This document shows positions 1 through 13,125 of a stretch of 37,205 nucleotides of DNA, one piece after another. Below the pieces are notes generated by a model. It saw nothing but the letters and a program-made list of their open reading frames with translations, ran no database searches and had not been told where the DNA came from. The stretch's first letter is position 1, and the number at the start of each line of letters is the position of its first letter. This DNA is from Lama guanicoe (taxonomy: Eukaryota). The stretch covers positions 12,841,694-12,878,898 of the forward strand of contig MU054323.1 of the NCBI GenBank assembly GCA_013239625.1, in the 5' to 3' direction. Both the position numbers and the translations under genes were made by a program.

Positions 1-1974
1 ATCTCTTTTTGCAGGAAAGCTGTTCGGTGACAGTGCTTCCTAGTGCCAGGCCTCACTCTTCTACTTCTAATCCCAAGTAAATCTTTAATTGGTAAGAAGT
101 AAGGCAAGGAACTTACATGTGAGAGGAGGGCTTTTCGGAGCCACATGCATCCTTTGGGCTGTGCAACATCCATTCCTTTTTTTAATCCTAAAGGAAGCAT
201 ACAGAATACAGCAGAAAAACCCAAATCAGCCCTTATCAGTCCTTCCTCTTAACCCTTCTTTGTGCGTGATTCTGAAACGGGTAATAAGGTGCATTAGAAG
301 TGACCCCTGGTTTCAATGAAGAATTTCACTGAAGTTTCTATCCTATATAATGATATATCTTGTACATAAATATCTTTTATTTATAACGTGTCTGACTCCA
401 AAGGAGCAGTTGAGGCAAGGGGGACCACTTTTAGGTACTACCTGCTTCTGAACTTTCTTTTAACAAGGATCAAATTTGGGCTTATTGTGATTATTTATGT
501 ATATGTCTTATCTTTCCCATAAGACTATAAACTCCCAGTTTTAAAGTCTGGTCTCTGTTCTTCTCTGGGTTTTCTCTAAGGCCTACTACAGTGCACCAGT
601 ACTGTGCTCACAGTTGTTGCTCAAGAAACCTGTGCAGAATATGGGAATGACTGAAGTACACTAGAACCCGGAGCAGGACTTAGTTCTGAAATTTGGGGAG
701 TACTATTCCCCAGTGTACTACCGGTGTATCTTACCAGGTGGTAAGGATAACCTCCTGTTTAAAATACATCTTCTGTAAAATGAGGGAAGGAATGGTGTAT
801 CCCTCCCTTGGCACTGAAGATTTGTTTTCAGGATCAAATTACAGAATGTAGATGAAAATATTTCGGAGTAGGTAGAGACTGGTGCACCCGTGGCATTCAG
901 TGGTGAGTCAGGTTATCTGGTCACTAGGGTGTAGGAAAGCATTACTATTTACAAGGAATAGGAATTCCTAATTGGATAAGACCTGTTTTTGGCTGTCGAT
1001 GTGGGAGAGAAGGGAGTAGCCAGGAAAGAAGCAGCATCTCCTTCCTCGCTGGGCATCCATTTCCCTGCTCTGGCTGCAGCGTGGAGGCCAGGGTCTTGAT
1101 TTCTGTACTGTTGAAGCTGTGAGGTTCTTCCTCTGTTAATAGAAGAGCAAGTACAGTCGAAATCTTACCACACCTACCAGAGTATTGTGAGCACTTGGAG
1201 GGATAGGAACCACAGTTATTGGACATTTGATAAATACTTACTGAATTAACAAATGAATGGCTTATCGGTCCTGAATTTCCTTCACGTTTGTTCAGCTGTC
1301 CTAAAGTTTACTAAAACAATGGTGAACTCTCTTTTTTGGAAGGATTCTTGCCAGTGTTTTCAGGTTGGTGTAGCTTGTTGAAATATATGTGAGGTATGTT
1401 GGGAAAATGTTTTGATTCAGCAATGTCAGAAGATTGTCCTAAAAGGAATACTTTTTTTTTTTTAACATTGTCATTATGTCATGCTGTTCCTGCGATAGTC
1501 TATCCTCACATTTCAGGAAACCTGAATGAGTCATAGCAAAAATGACTAATACTGTTTTAGAGAGCCATTTATGTTGTATTGGTTTGATAATTTAAAATTA
1601 GCTGTGTTATCTACGTTATTTCCTTTCAGATGAGCCAAGTCAGTGACATTCAGTAATGCTTTTAATTTCCTTTCATTGTTGAAAATGGGAACAATTTAGT
1701 TAATTCATACAGGTGTTTCAGTTTTCATTGGCAAAAGTTCTGCTTAAGTGTGAATTGACACTGGCAGCCTGCCTTCTGTCTGCCTGAAGCCCCAAGGTCT
1801 CTGTAAATGAAAAAAGGAAAAAGACCTTTGGAAGTTATTCATTATATTATATGTATTTTCTCTTTCTGCTATTAATTTTAAAGCTATTTAATGCATACGT
1901 ATCTGTGCACTTGAAATAGTTTGCTAACCATTTTTACAGATTAAAATAATACTATATTTTTTCTTCTAAGGCAT

Positions 1975-2108
1975 AATTATTTATTTTTGGGGGGGGGAGG
2001 AGGTAATTTGTTTGTTTGTTTATTTATTTATATGGAGGTACTGGGGATTGAACCCAGGACCCTTGTGCATACTAAGCATGGACTCTACCACTGAGCTATA
2101 CCCTCCCC
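1975..2108 (-). mobile_element. Camelid tRNA-Ala-derived SINE (Vic-1-like)
   Basis: Reverse complement reads GGGGAGGGTATAGCTCAGTGGTAGAG...GGGTTCAATCCCCAGTACCTCCA (Pol III A and B boxes), followed by an A-rich / C-rich / A-rich tail. Confidence 0.9.
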
Positions 2109-2629
2109 TGACTTATTAGTTTTGATTTTCTTAAGATAGGCAATGTAACTTTGCAAGAAAGCAATGATACTTCTGATATTTGTCTTAGCATTGCATGATG
2201 ACATGTCTATATTAAGCAGTATAATGCAGGATTTTGATTTTCTTTTAGGTTTGAATACGTGTCTCCCCAAATGTTACTCATGCATTTTAATTTAACAGGC
2301 ATTCATTGGTAACGAACCTTGTAGCTGTCTCTTTGGTTATAACTTGGAAACTTTTAAAGAAGCAGGAGTTGAGTATGTTTTATTTCAGTTTGTGGGTTAA
2401 TTGTTATTAAGTAGAGGCTTAATAAATATTTTCTGACTGGAGTTGGACTAGGTCACGTGTATATATCTTATTTCAAGAACAGACAGAGAAAAAAATGAGA
2501 AATAGGATTTGTGGGATCTTACACGGCTTTTTTCTTACCATCACCTACTTTGGTAACTGCTAGACTTTCCTCGCAGTTTACCATGGCTTAAAGTTAATGC
2601 TTACTTGTGGGTGTATTTCCAGCCATATG

Positions 2630-4035
2630 GGAGTAACTGGTTCTGGATTTGAACTCTCATTGTAAACAACTACAAAACTGGACAAAATACATGAAATAGA
2701 AGTGTATTAAAAGGATAATAAGTCACGATCAAATAGTGTTCATCTCAGGAATACAAAATTGGTTTAACATTAAACAATCAGTGTTATTCATCTTATTAAT
2801 ATAGTAAAGGAGAAAAGCTGAATGATTATCACATTATATTTATTTCAGCATTTGAAAAAATTCAATACCCTTTCATTATAAAGACTTAGTAAACCAGGAA
2901 TAGAAGGGAATGTCATCCTGATAAAGAGTATTTATGAAGAATTCAGGGTTAAAATCAGTATTGATGAAAAACAGTTTTTTCCCCTAAGGTCAGGAAAATG
3001 GAACTTCTGTTTTTCATTGAACTAGAAATCCCAGCTAGTGCAATAAGATATGAAGAAGATTCAAAAGATATGCAGATTGGAAAGAAATATGTAAAATTAT
3101 CATTATGCATAGACAACACAATTCTATACTTAGGAAACTCTAAAAGCAAGGTCTGAGAATCTAAGGTCAATATTTAAAAAGTCAGTTGTGTTTATATATA
3201 CTAGCAATGAATAATTGGGAAAGTAATTTTAAAACCACTTACAATAGCATAAAACATCAACTGTTTAGTGATAAATTTAACTGACGTGTAAGACCTGTAC
3301 ACTAAAAATGACATATTTCTGGGAGAAGTTGAAGAAGATCTAAATAAATGGACAGACTCACCATGTTCATGGATTAGAAGGCTTAATATTGTTGAATTGA
3401 CAAAGTTCTTCCAAAACTGAGCTATAAATTAAATCCAGTAGCAGTCAGAGTTCAGGAGAAGCACACCCTCCCCCCCCCCCTTTTTTTTTTTGCAGAAATT
3501 GACAAGCCAATTTTAAAGTTTTTTTGGAGTGTTTCTGCTTCTGTGATTGCTAAGTAAGCTCTTTGGAACCATCCTTCTGCAGATGGAAATTACAGGCTGT
3601 GGACAAAGTACACACAAAAACCTGACTACCTGATGACCCTGGGATGTGTGCATGACCATTAAGAGAATGAAGGATGGTTAATATCACTAGTTATGGGGCA
3701 AATGCCAATTGAAACCACAATAATATAGCAGTATACACTTAAAAGATACATTACTGTACAGGGTAGTTGGAATTCTCATACATTGTGAATGTAATGTGAC
3801 ATAAAATGGCACGACCGCTTTGGAACACAGTTTGGCATTTTATCATACAGTTAATCATCAATTCCACCTGCAGGTATTTATGAGAAATGAAAGTATATGG
3901 CTCCACAAAGACTTGTATAGAAATGTTCATAGCTGTTTAATCCATCATAGCTTAAAACTGGATTCAAATGTTCATCTACAAGTAAAGGATGAATTGCAGC
4001 ATATCCATCTTAACATAAAACTATACAGAAAATGA
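2630..4035 (+). mobile_element. Ancient L1 (L1M/L1ME-type) ORF2 and 3' remnants, fragmented
   Basis: A-rich decayed ORF2 motifs, e.g. catctcaggaatacaaaattggtttaacat, ccatgttcatggattagaaggcttaatattg, ctttggaacacagtttggca. Confidence 0.8.
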
Positions 4036-4479
4036 GCAAAGCCCATCGTCTTGCGGCGAGATAACCACTGTTACTTTGGGTTGAAGATAGAAGCAGGCTC
4101 CCTGGACCCCACTCAGGCTACCTCTCAACTTCAATCTCCCTGTGTCTTTTACTGGGTTTCAATCTCATCTTACCCCATATTGTCTTTTGTAGCAAAGGAA
4201 ACAGGGAAGAGTTATGAAATAAACTTAAAAACATGGCTTAAAATAAGAGGAAAAAGGGGGACTCATGGACCAGAGAGCAGAGGTTTTCACAGTGTTAAGA
4301 CACTGCTGTTCTCACAAGAGGTAGAGGAGGTATCTCAAGAGTCCGCAGACCTGACTTAAGTGCATACGTATATGCATAGATGCGCACAGAGAAGTCAGCA
4401 GCTAGAGTCGGGACCTGCAGTGAGAGGCCTGAGCTGAGGCCTTGGCCGGCAGCTGTGCGGGATGGAGTTGCCTGAAGTA

Positions 4480-5240
4480 ATAGTACATTCAGATCATTTC
4501 ACTGAGCTAAGCCCCTCAAGCAAGTCTGAAGTGATCTTGAATTTATAGTGTTGCTTGGCTGTGGTGACAGAAACCAGTCTCTAGAGGAAAACATCGATCC
4601 CAAATTAAAATTGAGCAGTGAGCTCACAATTAAAGATCAACAAATGGAAGAGAAGGCAAGCCACCGTGGCTGAAAGTCCACAAACAGCAGATGAAAGGAC
4701 AAATTATAGTTTTCTCATTCATAATGTAGAACAGCTATGTGTGAAATGTTTAAAGAAGTAAAGGATGTAATCACAAAGATAGCCAGACAACTTCTGTTAG
4801 TTAGTAGACGTTTATGATTTGAGAGGGAAAAAAGTAACTTCTAGAAATAACTTGAAATTAAAAAGCAGAATTTAAAAAGATGTAATCTATGCTTATCCAC
4901 ATCAGAGAGATGTCAGGAAACACCCAAAGGTGTGTATAGGAGGTGTTCTAGAAATTCCAGTCCTGGAAGTATACCTAAAAAAACTCGTCATCTTCATCAG
5001 TGGACATGCATTTAATAACTGCAGTGTTTGTAATGGCAAACAAATTATAAACAACCTAAATGTTTGTTGACAGAAGGAAGGATAAATTGTGGTATCCTAT
5101 CACAAGTGTGAAATAGTGAAGTGAAAATAAAAGAACTACAGCTATAAATAACGTGGATGAGTTTTATAAATGTAGAGCTAAGTTTAAAAAGCAGTCCCAG
5201 ATTCACAGGTGTTTATATTATACTTTATAAGTTACATTTT
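4480..5240 (+). mobile_element. Ancient L1ME-type fragments (5'/ORF1-like, then 3'-end-like)
   Basis: Resembles L1ME motifs (aaatgtttaaagaagtaaagg; aaacaacctaaatgt...gataaattgtggtat). Highly diverged. Confidence 0.55.
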
Positions 5241-5392
5241 AGTTACTTTTAATCTTCCATGTATATCAAAAAATAAAACCTGAAGACTATTTTGGGCAAT
5301 AGCAAGATCATTTAAATGTTATTTGATAAACCATTTTAAGGAATAAGCAGTACATCATTACGTACATTTTACTTTTAAAGTGAATCTTACTT

Positions 5393-5523
5393 GGGGGGAG
5401 GGTATGCTCAAGTGGTAGAGTGCATGCTCAGCATGCAGAAGGCCCTGAGTTCAGTCCCCAGCACCTGCATTAAAAATAAATAAATAAACCTAATTACCGC
5501 CCCACCCCCAAAAATAAAGTAAA
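5393..5523 (+). mobile_element. Camelid tRNA-Ala-derived SINE (Vic-1-like) with target-site duplication
   Basis: tRNA-Ala-like head and A-rich tail. TSD core TAAAGTGAATCTT at 5376-5388 and 5524-5536, at a TT/AAAG L1-endonuclease-type site. Confidence 0.92.
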
Positions 5524-6149
5524 TAAAGTGAATCTTGTTGATGTTCATTAGGCTGGTGAGAAGCAGAATCGATGATGATGGACAGCATTAATATGAGATA
5601 AAGGAAAAAAAACTTTCAGAAAGAAAAGCTCCTTAGTGGGGCTTACCGTCCCCAGATAGGAGAGATATATGGGGCTTAGAGCTAAGATGGTAATACACTT
5701 GGTATTAAGGAGTTTTGTTCAAACTCATAGCCTTGTGCTTCTGCTTTTGGCCATCATTAAAGCTAAAAGTCTTAGGCTTTTTGACGTTACGAATTAACAT
5801 GGTGTTAAAGGATGAAAATTTTAGTTCGAAAACAAGGTATATGTTTGAAATAGGTCTGCTTTTCCGTGTTAAAGGTACATCTGGTCGTACTGATGAACTG
5901 GCATCTCCAGAAAGCAGATCTTTCTTTTTTGACACAATTAAATGACCATCAGCTTGAGCTCTCTGATATCTGCTTTCTATATGAAAATTTTCAGCGTAGG
6001 GGAAAGAGCTTTGAGAGTGTTGTAATAGCAGGAGATCCAGAATCTCAGGATTTGCCAAGCACGTGACTAGATATTGTAGAAGAAATCGAGGTATAAAACA
6101 TGACTTGCCTTCATGGAATTTTTAACTTACCGAAGATCAGATAAGCTTA

Positions 6150-6520
6150 TGGAAATGTAATTAACAATACCAGGCAATTTAAACTACAAATTAATAGCAC
6201 AGATAAATAAATCTCCTAACTGCTTAGAAAAGAAGAAAACATTTAGAACAGAGCAGTCAAAGAAGGCTTTGTTCACTAAGGGAGGACTAGTCGGGCCTTG
6301 AAAGATAGATGGGATCTAGATGGAGCGATATCGTGAGCAGAGGCAGGGAGATGGCCGAGTGTGAGCTGCACTGGGTTCATCTGGCTGTGTTGCAAGGTTT
6401 GTTTAGGGCAGTAGTAAGACTTGGGGGAAAACTAGTTTTGAGACAGATTTTAAATGGTCTACGGAGCAAGGACAGGGAATTTAGACTGCCACTTCTACTG
6501 CGAGTAGTTTATAGACCACA
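6150..6520 (-). mobile_element. L2 remnant
   Basis: Purine-rich antisense L2 pattern (gtcaaagaaggcttt...gggccttgaaagatagatggga...agcaaggacagggaatttagact). Confidence 0.55.
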
Positions 6521-7178
6521 TTTGGAATTTAAACTTACTGTCATTTGGTACTGATGTTAACAATGAACGCTCTTTTAAATAGCTTGTTAAGAAGAGGGAA
6601 TAGTTTTGCTTTTTATAGTATTTCTTTGTTCCTTGCTTTCATAAGGTCAGCCTGACCTGGGTGGGCATCATTTGATTTGGCTTCAGTGTAGCCAAACAAT
6701 TATGCTCCGGCAGGAGAGCTCTGAGTTGCTTTGATTAATGTGTGGAAAAAGCCACTATCTGAAAGCTCCTTCATTCTCAAAGGCACAGACTGCATGTCTG
6801 TCATATAAAGGGTCCCAGTGACCTCTGGAAGAAGAGGATTTGAAATGTACAGTGATAAGTATGAAGGGAAATTTGTTTTTAATAGAAATAACACCCTGGA
6901 TCCTCTTTGATGTTGTTACAGAATTTTCTTTGCCACTTTCCTGGGAATGAGGGCAGTGTTGCATATGCTGGGAAACTGTTAACTAAATAAAGACATGCCT
7001 CTCTATATAGTGTGTCATAATATTCAAATTTACTTTTTAGTGTGAGTTAAAGTGGTATTCACTGACTTTTTCATAGCAAGCAATTAATGGCGTTTCCTCA
7101 GGTTTTGTTTTATTACAGCCCCTTTTCAGTCTGACCCCACGCAGCTGCTCAGGTGGTATATCTTAAAGAGGGAAACTT

Positions 7179-7319
7179 GGGGAGGGTATAACTCAGTGGT
7201 AGAGTGTGTGCCTAGCATGCACAAGGTCCTGGGTTCAATCCCCAGTACCTCCACTAAAAAAAAAAGTAAATAAGCGTAATTACCCACCCCCCCAAAAAAA
7301 AACCTGAAAAAAAACCCAC
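7179..7319 (+). mobile_element. Camelid tRNA-Ala-derived SINE (Vic-1-like)
   Basis: GGGGAGGGTATAACTCAGTGGTAGAG...GGGTTCAATCCCCAGTACCTCCA with an A tail. GGGAAACT is repeated on both flanks (probable TSD). Confidence 0.92.
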
Positions 7320-7759
7320 GGGGGAAACTCCCACCAAGGCATACAGAGCTGTCTCCCTTTTGCTCTCAAGGTATCTTAACATTCCTTATCAAAAACTGCT
7401 GCAGTGGATTGATTCTTTACCTTAAAAAACATTCTAACTGTAAATAAGAGTTGATTTCAACTTCCACAACCACAGTAAAAATATTGATGTGTGTATGAAA
7501 AATTATACACTTGTCAAAGCCTGCTGACTCATTGAGTCACCTTTTAGAGTTTTGCTCAATGAGATTTGAGAAATGAGAGAACTCTTCTTAAAAGAGACAC
7601 ACAAATGTTACCACTCACTTTTAGGTGGTTTCTGGCCTTTGCCCTGGTGTGTGAAAGTGGTGGAAATTCCATCTCACGTACAAATATATGATTGCAAGTG
7701 GCACAGTTTTCCTTGGCATGGTCCTGATTCTCAAAGTACTGCTAGTTGAACACACTAAT

Positions 7760-8480
7760 TTTTTCTTTTTTCTCTTTTTAATTGAAATATAGTCAGTCTA
7801 CAACATATCAGTTTCTGGTGTACAGCATAATGTTTCAGTCATACATACACATATGTATATTTGTTTTCATATTACTTTTCACTATAGGTTATTTATCTAT
7901 TTTATATATAGTAGTTAGTATTTGCAAATCTTGAACTCCCAATTTATCCCTTCCCACCCCCTTCCCCCCGGTAACTGTAAGTTTGTTTACTTTATCTGTG
8001 AGTCTCTTTCTGTTTTATAGATAAGTTCATTTGTGCCTTTCTTTTTTTTTTTTTTTAAGATTCCACAGATGAATATCATGGTATTATCCTTTCTCTTTCT
8101 GGCTTACTTCACATAGAATGATGATCTCCGGGTCCATCCATGTTGCTGCAAATGGCATTATTTTAGTCTGTGTTATGGCTGAGTAGTATTCTAGTGTGCG
8201 TGTGCGTGCATGTGTATGTGTACATATATATATACATACAGCATATACCACAGCTTCTTTATCCATTCATCCATCGATGGACATTTAGGTTGTTTCCATG
8301 TCTTGGCTATTGTAAATACTGCTGCTATAAACACTGGGGTACATTTCAAGTTAGTTTCTTTCAGATGTATGCCCAGGAGTGGTATTGCTGGATCATATGG
8401 TAAGTCTAATTTTAGTTTTTTGAGGAATTTCCATACTGTTTTCCATAATGGCTGTACCAAACTACATTCCCACCAACAGC
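7760..8480 (-). mobile_element. 5'-truncated L1 (camelid/artiodactyl type): ORF2 C-terminus, 3' UTR and poly(A)
   Basis: Minus-strand ORFs [30 protein letters not shown]...[18 protein letters not shown] and IMPFAATWMDPEIIILCEVSQKEK are canonical L1 ORF2p end motifs. T-rich left end. Confidence 0.93.
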
Positions 8481-8619
8481 ACTAAATTTCTCAAGTGTCT
8501 GTTCTTTAACTGGAGTTTTAGCCAGTACTCAATTTAGTGAGCTGATGTTTCATCAAATTGCTTTAGTTAATAGACTCCAGGTAAAAATAAATGGACTTTA
8601 AAAAGATAGCATTTGCAAC

Positions 8620-8882
8620 TGCATGATTCCACTTATATGAGGTAGAGTAGCCCAAGTCATAGAAACAGAAAGTAGCTTGATGGTTGCAGGGGGGTGGGGT
8701 AGGGATGATGGGGAATCGTTGTTTAATGGGATAGAGTTTCAGTTGCAAAATGAGAAGAGTTCTAGAGTTTGGTTGCACAACAGTGTAAATGTGCTTAACA
8801 TAACTGAACTGTACACTTAAAAATGGTCAAGATGGTACATTTAATGTTATATGTATCATACCATAATTTTAAAAATTAAAAA
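8620..8882 (+). mobile_element. L1MB-type 3' end
   Basis: atgattccacttatatgagg...atagaaacagaaagtag...actgaactgtacacttaaaaatggt, followed by an A-rich end. Confidence 0.85.
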
Positions 8883-8889
8883 GAGGGGG

Positions 8890-10880
8890 AAAAATAGCAC
8901 CTGTAATCATGTTAAAAAACATCAGATTCCTAGGAGTAAATCTATCAAAGGACTTAACAGCCCCTCCATACTAAAGTCTGCAAAACATTATTAAGAGAAA
9001 TTAGGGAAGACCAAAATAGAGGGGCACACTATGTTCATGGAGGACCCAGTATTTTAAAATTTCAAGTCTCCTCAAATTAACCTACATTATCAGTGCAATC
9101 CCTAACAAAATCCCAGCACCTTGATTTTTGTTATTTTTGTTTTTATTGTTGCTGCTGTTGTTTTTTTGGTTTTGTAGAACTCAAGGTGTCTTTAAAATTC
9201 ATATGGAAATGCAGAAGGCTAGAAATAGCTAAGGCAGTCATGAAGAACAGGATTGCAGTACTTACATTGGCAGATACCAAGACTTATTATAAAACTATCA
9301 GTTACGAAAGAGCTTACCATATTGTGGTCCTTGGACTGGCAGCATCAGCATCACCTGGGAGCTCGTTAGAAATGGAATTTCTCTGGCTCTACTTCAAACC
9401 CTGTTGAATCAGAATCTCCAGGGTTGGGGCCAAGGAGTGTGTGTTTTAACAGTCTCTCTAGGTTATTCTTATATGCTTTAAAGTTTGAGAAACACTGAAT
9501 TAAGACATTTTGACATGAGGAAACAGAAACTAACCAGTGGAACAGATAGTCCAGAAACACAGCCATGCATACACAGTTCATCTTACTTAGGTCAAAGTTG
9601 GCATTGCAGTGCAATGGGGAAAGGGGGGGCTTTTCAATAAATAGCACTAGGTGATTTATATCCATATGGGGAAAAAGCTGTCTTAACCCCTATATCATAC
9701 TAGATACAAAAATCAATTCCAGATTGAATATATGGAAGTGAAATGCAAAGTTAAGACTTTCAGAGGAAAAATATACGTGATCATCTTTGAGAGCTTAATA
9801 GGACAGTCAAAAAGGACAAGCTCTAACCATAAAACAGAAAATGGTAAACTGGATTATTATTAATATAAGCTTTTGAAAATCAAAAGATACTATTAATACT
9901 TATTAAGCACTTAGACCAGACCTTGCAAACGCAAGTGTGTGTTGTACTTTTCAGGTAAGAATAATAATATATTACCCTCCTCCAACAAAAAGACAAAAGA
10001 CGTGTGTCCAGGAAATATAAAGAATACTTAACAAAGTATCAAGAAAAATTTTGACAACCCAGTAGAAAACAACAGCCAAAGGACTTCAGTACGTACTTAA
10101 TAGTGGCATTAAAATGGTCATTAACATATTAAAAGGTCCTCAACTTTATTAGTTATTAGAGAAATGCAAAGTTGTTAGTGAATTGCAAATTAAAACCATA
10201 ATGGAATACTACTAAATACCCACCAGAATGGCTAAAATGAAAAAAATAGACAATATTGGGTGTTGCAAGGATACGAGGCAACGAGAACTCTCCAGTGTTT
10301 CTAATGAGTGTAAAGTGGAGTAACCTTTTAGAAGATTGGTAGGATCCAGGGACGCTAAATACTCTGTGACTTAACACTTTCACTCCTCAGTATATGTCCA
10401 GCAGAAATACTTGTACGTGTTCACCTAAAGAACCTGTCCTAGAATGTGCATGATTCTGATAGCACATCTAGAATGTTCACAGCACATTTATAATAGCCCT
10501 AGATTAGAAGCTACCTCAATGCCTTAACAGTGTAATGGTTAAATAAATTGTATATTACAATGAAATATTATTCAGTAAAATGAACATTCTACAACTATAT
10601 GCAACTGTGGGGATGAATCTTTCAAACATAATGTTGAGCAAAAGAAGCCAGATACAAGAGTATTCTGTGATTACATGCCGACTGACCAATGGTGTTAGAA
10701 GTCAGGATAGTGGTTACCCTTGGTAGAAGGTCAGGGAAATGACCAAAACAGAGAACAAGAGGGACACAGGGATGCTAGTAATGTTTCTCGACCTGGGTGC
10801 TGATTACAAGGGTCTGTTCAGTTTGTAAAAATTTATTGTATACGTTTCTATATGTAGATAATGGTTTAATAAAAAGAAAA
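8890..10880 (+). mobile_element. Ancient L1 (L1MC/ME-type) ORF2 3' half and 3' UTR, interrupted by MER5A
   Basis: Collinear decayed ORF2 motifs (taaaattcatatggaaatgca; aaaatcaattccaga; atgcaaa...ttaaaaccataatg), 3' UTR ggtgttagaagtcaggatagtggttacccttgg and terminal aataaaaag. Confidence 0.85.
9309..9497 (+). mobile_element. MER5A hAT-Charlie MITE
   Basis: tgtggtcc...agcatcagcatcacctgggagctcgttagaaatg...gtgttttaac...aaagtttgagaaacactg matches the recalled MER5A consensus, including the right terminus. Confidence 0.88.
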
Positions 10881-11125
10881 ATTGTACCTAGTAGCTATTT
10901 CTTTGCCATGTAGAACTGAAAATTCATGGAAAGAGTCACATAAGACATTGATGTTCATGGTCAGATGAGTTGCAATGGTCATTCTTTCAATGTTCTGAAA
11001 GACCAGTATCTTTAAGAAAATGAATATTAATAGAGTACCTTTTCTCAGCACATTTAAGCCAAATTAGAATTTCCTATACAAAAATAATTTCTTTCTGACT
11101 ATTAATAAATTTAGTCCAGTTTCTT

Positions 11126-11264
11126 TAAAAAATTTTTTTTAATTAATTTTTTTGAGGGGGAGGTAGTTAGAGTTATTCATCTATTTAATGGAGGTGCTGG
11201 GGCTTGAACCCAGGACCTTGTGCATGTTAGGCATGTACTCTCCCACTGAGCTGTACCCTCCATC
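11126..11264 (-). mobile_element. Camelid tRNA-Ala-derived SINE (Vic-1-like) with perfect 16-bp TSD
   Basis: Antisense tRNA-like head. TTTAGTCCAGTTTCTT is duplicated at 11110-11125 and 11265-11280. Confidence 0.93.
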
Positions 11265-12599
11265 TTTAGTCCAGTTTCTTGTATGGATGTATTAAGTTCA
11301 TTTAAGTGTTTGCATGTATCTTCCATATAGTCCAGGTGAAGATAAACTATGAAATTCTAAATTTATTATCTACATTAGTGCTTTGCTTAGGAAGACTGAT
11401 TTATTTCTTTGAGCCTGTCAATGATAGAGAGCAATAAGATGCAGGGTGACCTACTCATTTTTATAGGAAAAAAGTGAGTTTCTTGCAAAAAGCATAAAAG
11501 CGTCAATCACAGCTTATTCTCACAGCAGACTTGCTACGTATCTAGGTAATTCTGTATGTTTTTGTTTATCTTAATGAAGACAAATAAATGTTACAATTAT
11601 GGTGTAAAGAGTTCTCTTGTACAAGTGAGATAGAACAGTACACTGTAATAATGGGCAACCAGCTATTTTCAAGTTAATGCTGTCTGAACATTTCACCAAA
11701 TATCAGGATGGGGTTGTGAGGACATGGTTTAAATATAGTGGGACACCAATTGGTTTATGTTATTTTGGAAGAATTCTAATAAGCTGAATATTTATGCAAG
11801 AGAAGAGCTTATTGCTGTGTACAGCTGCTGTTTGCCAGGACACATAGCTAGCTTGTATCAGGCATTTTAGATTTTAAGATAATTAACATCAGTACCTTTT
11901 TATGTGTGACTGCTAAGCCCTGGCAGGTAGAGGGGTGCCCTAAGGCTTAGGTAGAGTGGTCACAGCTTAATTTGTGTTTTGGGTGATTTACCTTTTAAGG
12001 GAGTTGGCAGACTGTGTGCCTTGAGAAAGGTGGCAGCTTGCTCCTCTAGGGGGTGAATAAATCCTGGTTAGTTCTGGACTAGTCATTGTATTTCCCTTAG
12101 AACAAAAAGCTAACTCTCCTGTTACCAGCTTTTTAGTAATTTCTGTTATTTCAGGCCAGTTTTAGATAAAAATATTCAGAAATTTATAGAGCATTTCAGA
12201 GAAATGAGTGAATTGTTGGAAGCAAATTATAGGTTTTAAGAATTAGCAACATCCAATATTTTATATCTTCATAAAAGTGTGTTCTTTAGGGGTAAATAGA
12301 AGATGAGATGATTAAAAATAGTGTTCACTGTAATTTAATTATATGTAGAGACATAGCAGAACCTTTTCTGTACTAAAATAACCCACCTTTTGGGAGACAA
12401 ATTCTGAACTTTGGAAGATGTTGAATATGCATTCAAAATATTATTTTGTGAGTGGCTTAAAAAAAGGCAATGAAATATTAGTTTGAGCATAGTTGTATTT
12501 TTATCTTATGTTTTCTAAGTCTTTAGTGACACTGAACATGAGTGTAAGATTGCTGTCTTTTTAAGGACTTTGTAAGTAATGATTTTGTAAAATATTTGC

Positions 12600-13125
12600 T
12601 TTTTTATTGTCATAGAATATTCATAACATAAACTTACCATTGTAACATTTTTTAAGTATATAGTTCAGTGGCACTAAGGACATTCATGTTGTCATACAGT
12701 CATCACCACTGTCCATCTCCAGGACTTTTTTTTAATCATCCCAAACTGAACCTCTGTATCCCTTAAACTCTAACTCTCCTTTCTCGCCTCTCCCTTAGCC
12801 TCTGGCAACCACCATTCTACTTTCTGTGTCTATGCATTTCACTATTTTAAGTACCTTATGTATGTGGAATAAAATACTTGTCCTTTTATAATTGCCTTAT
12901 TTCCCTTAGGATAATGTCTTCAAGGTTCATCCGTGTTGTAGCGTATATCAGAACCTCCTTCCTTTTTAGGGCTGAGTAGTATTCCATTGTATTTATATAC
13001 CACATTTTGTTTATCCATTTATCCTTCAATGAATTTTTTTTCTTTGGGTTGTTTCTGCCTTTTAGTTATTATACGTAATGCTACTATGAACATTGAAATG
13101 CACATATATGAGTCCTTGCTTTTTT
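12600..13125 (-). mobile_element. L1MB-type 3' fragment
   Basis: Antisense 3' UTR motifs (tagttcagtggcactaag; ctggcaaccaccattctactttctgt; ggctgagtagtattccattgt). Confidence 0.88.

Noticed and set aside
5705..6066. Overlapping ORFs of 117, 76 and 66 aa on both strands
   Set aside because: No recognisable protein similarity, non-ATG starts and no supporting splice structure. Consistent with chance ORFs.
7179..7253. Near-complete tRNA-Ala(AGC)-like sequence (also at ~2033-2108, ~5393-5469, ~11189-11261)
   Set aside because: CpG-decayed stems, shared SINE 3' extension, A-rich tails and TSDs show these are SINE copies, not tRNA genes.
8084..8485. Several short ORFs on both strands
   Set aside because: Frameshifted L1 ORF2 C-terminal remnants and their antisense shadows.
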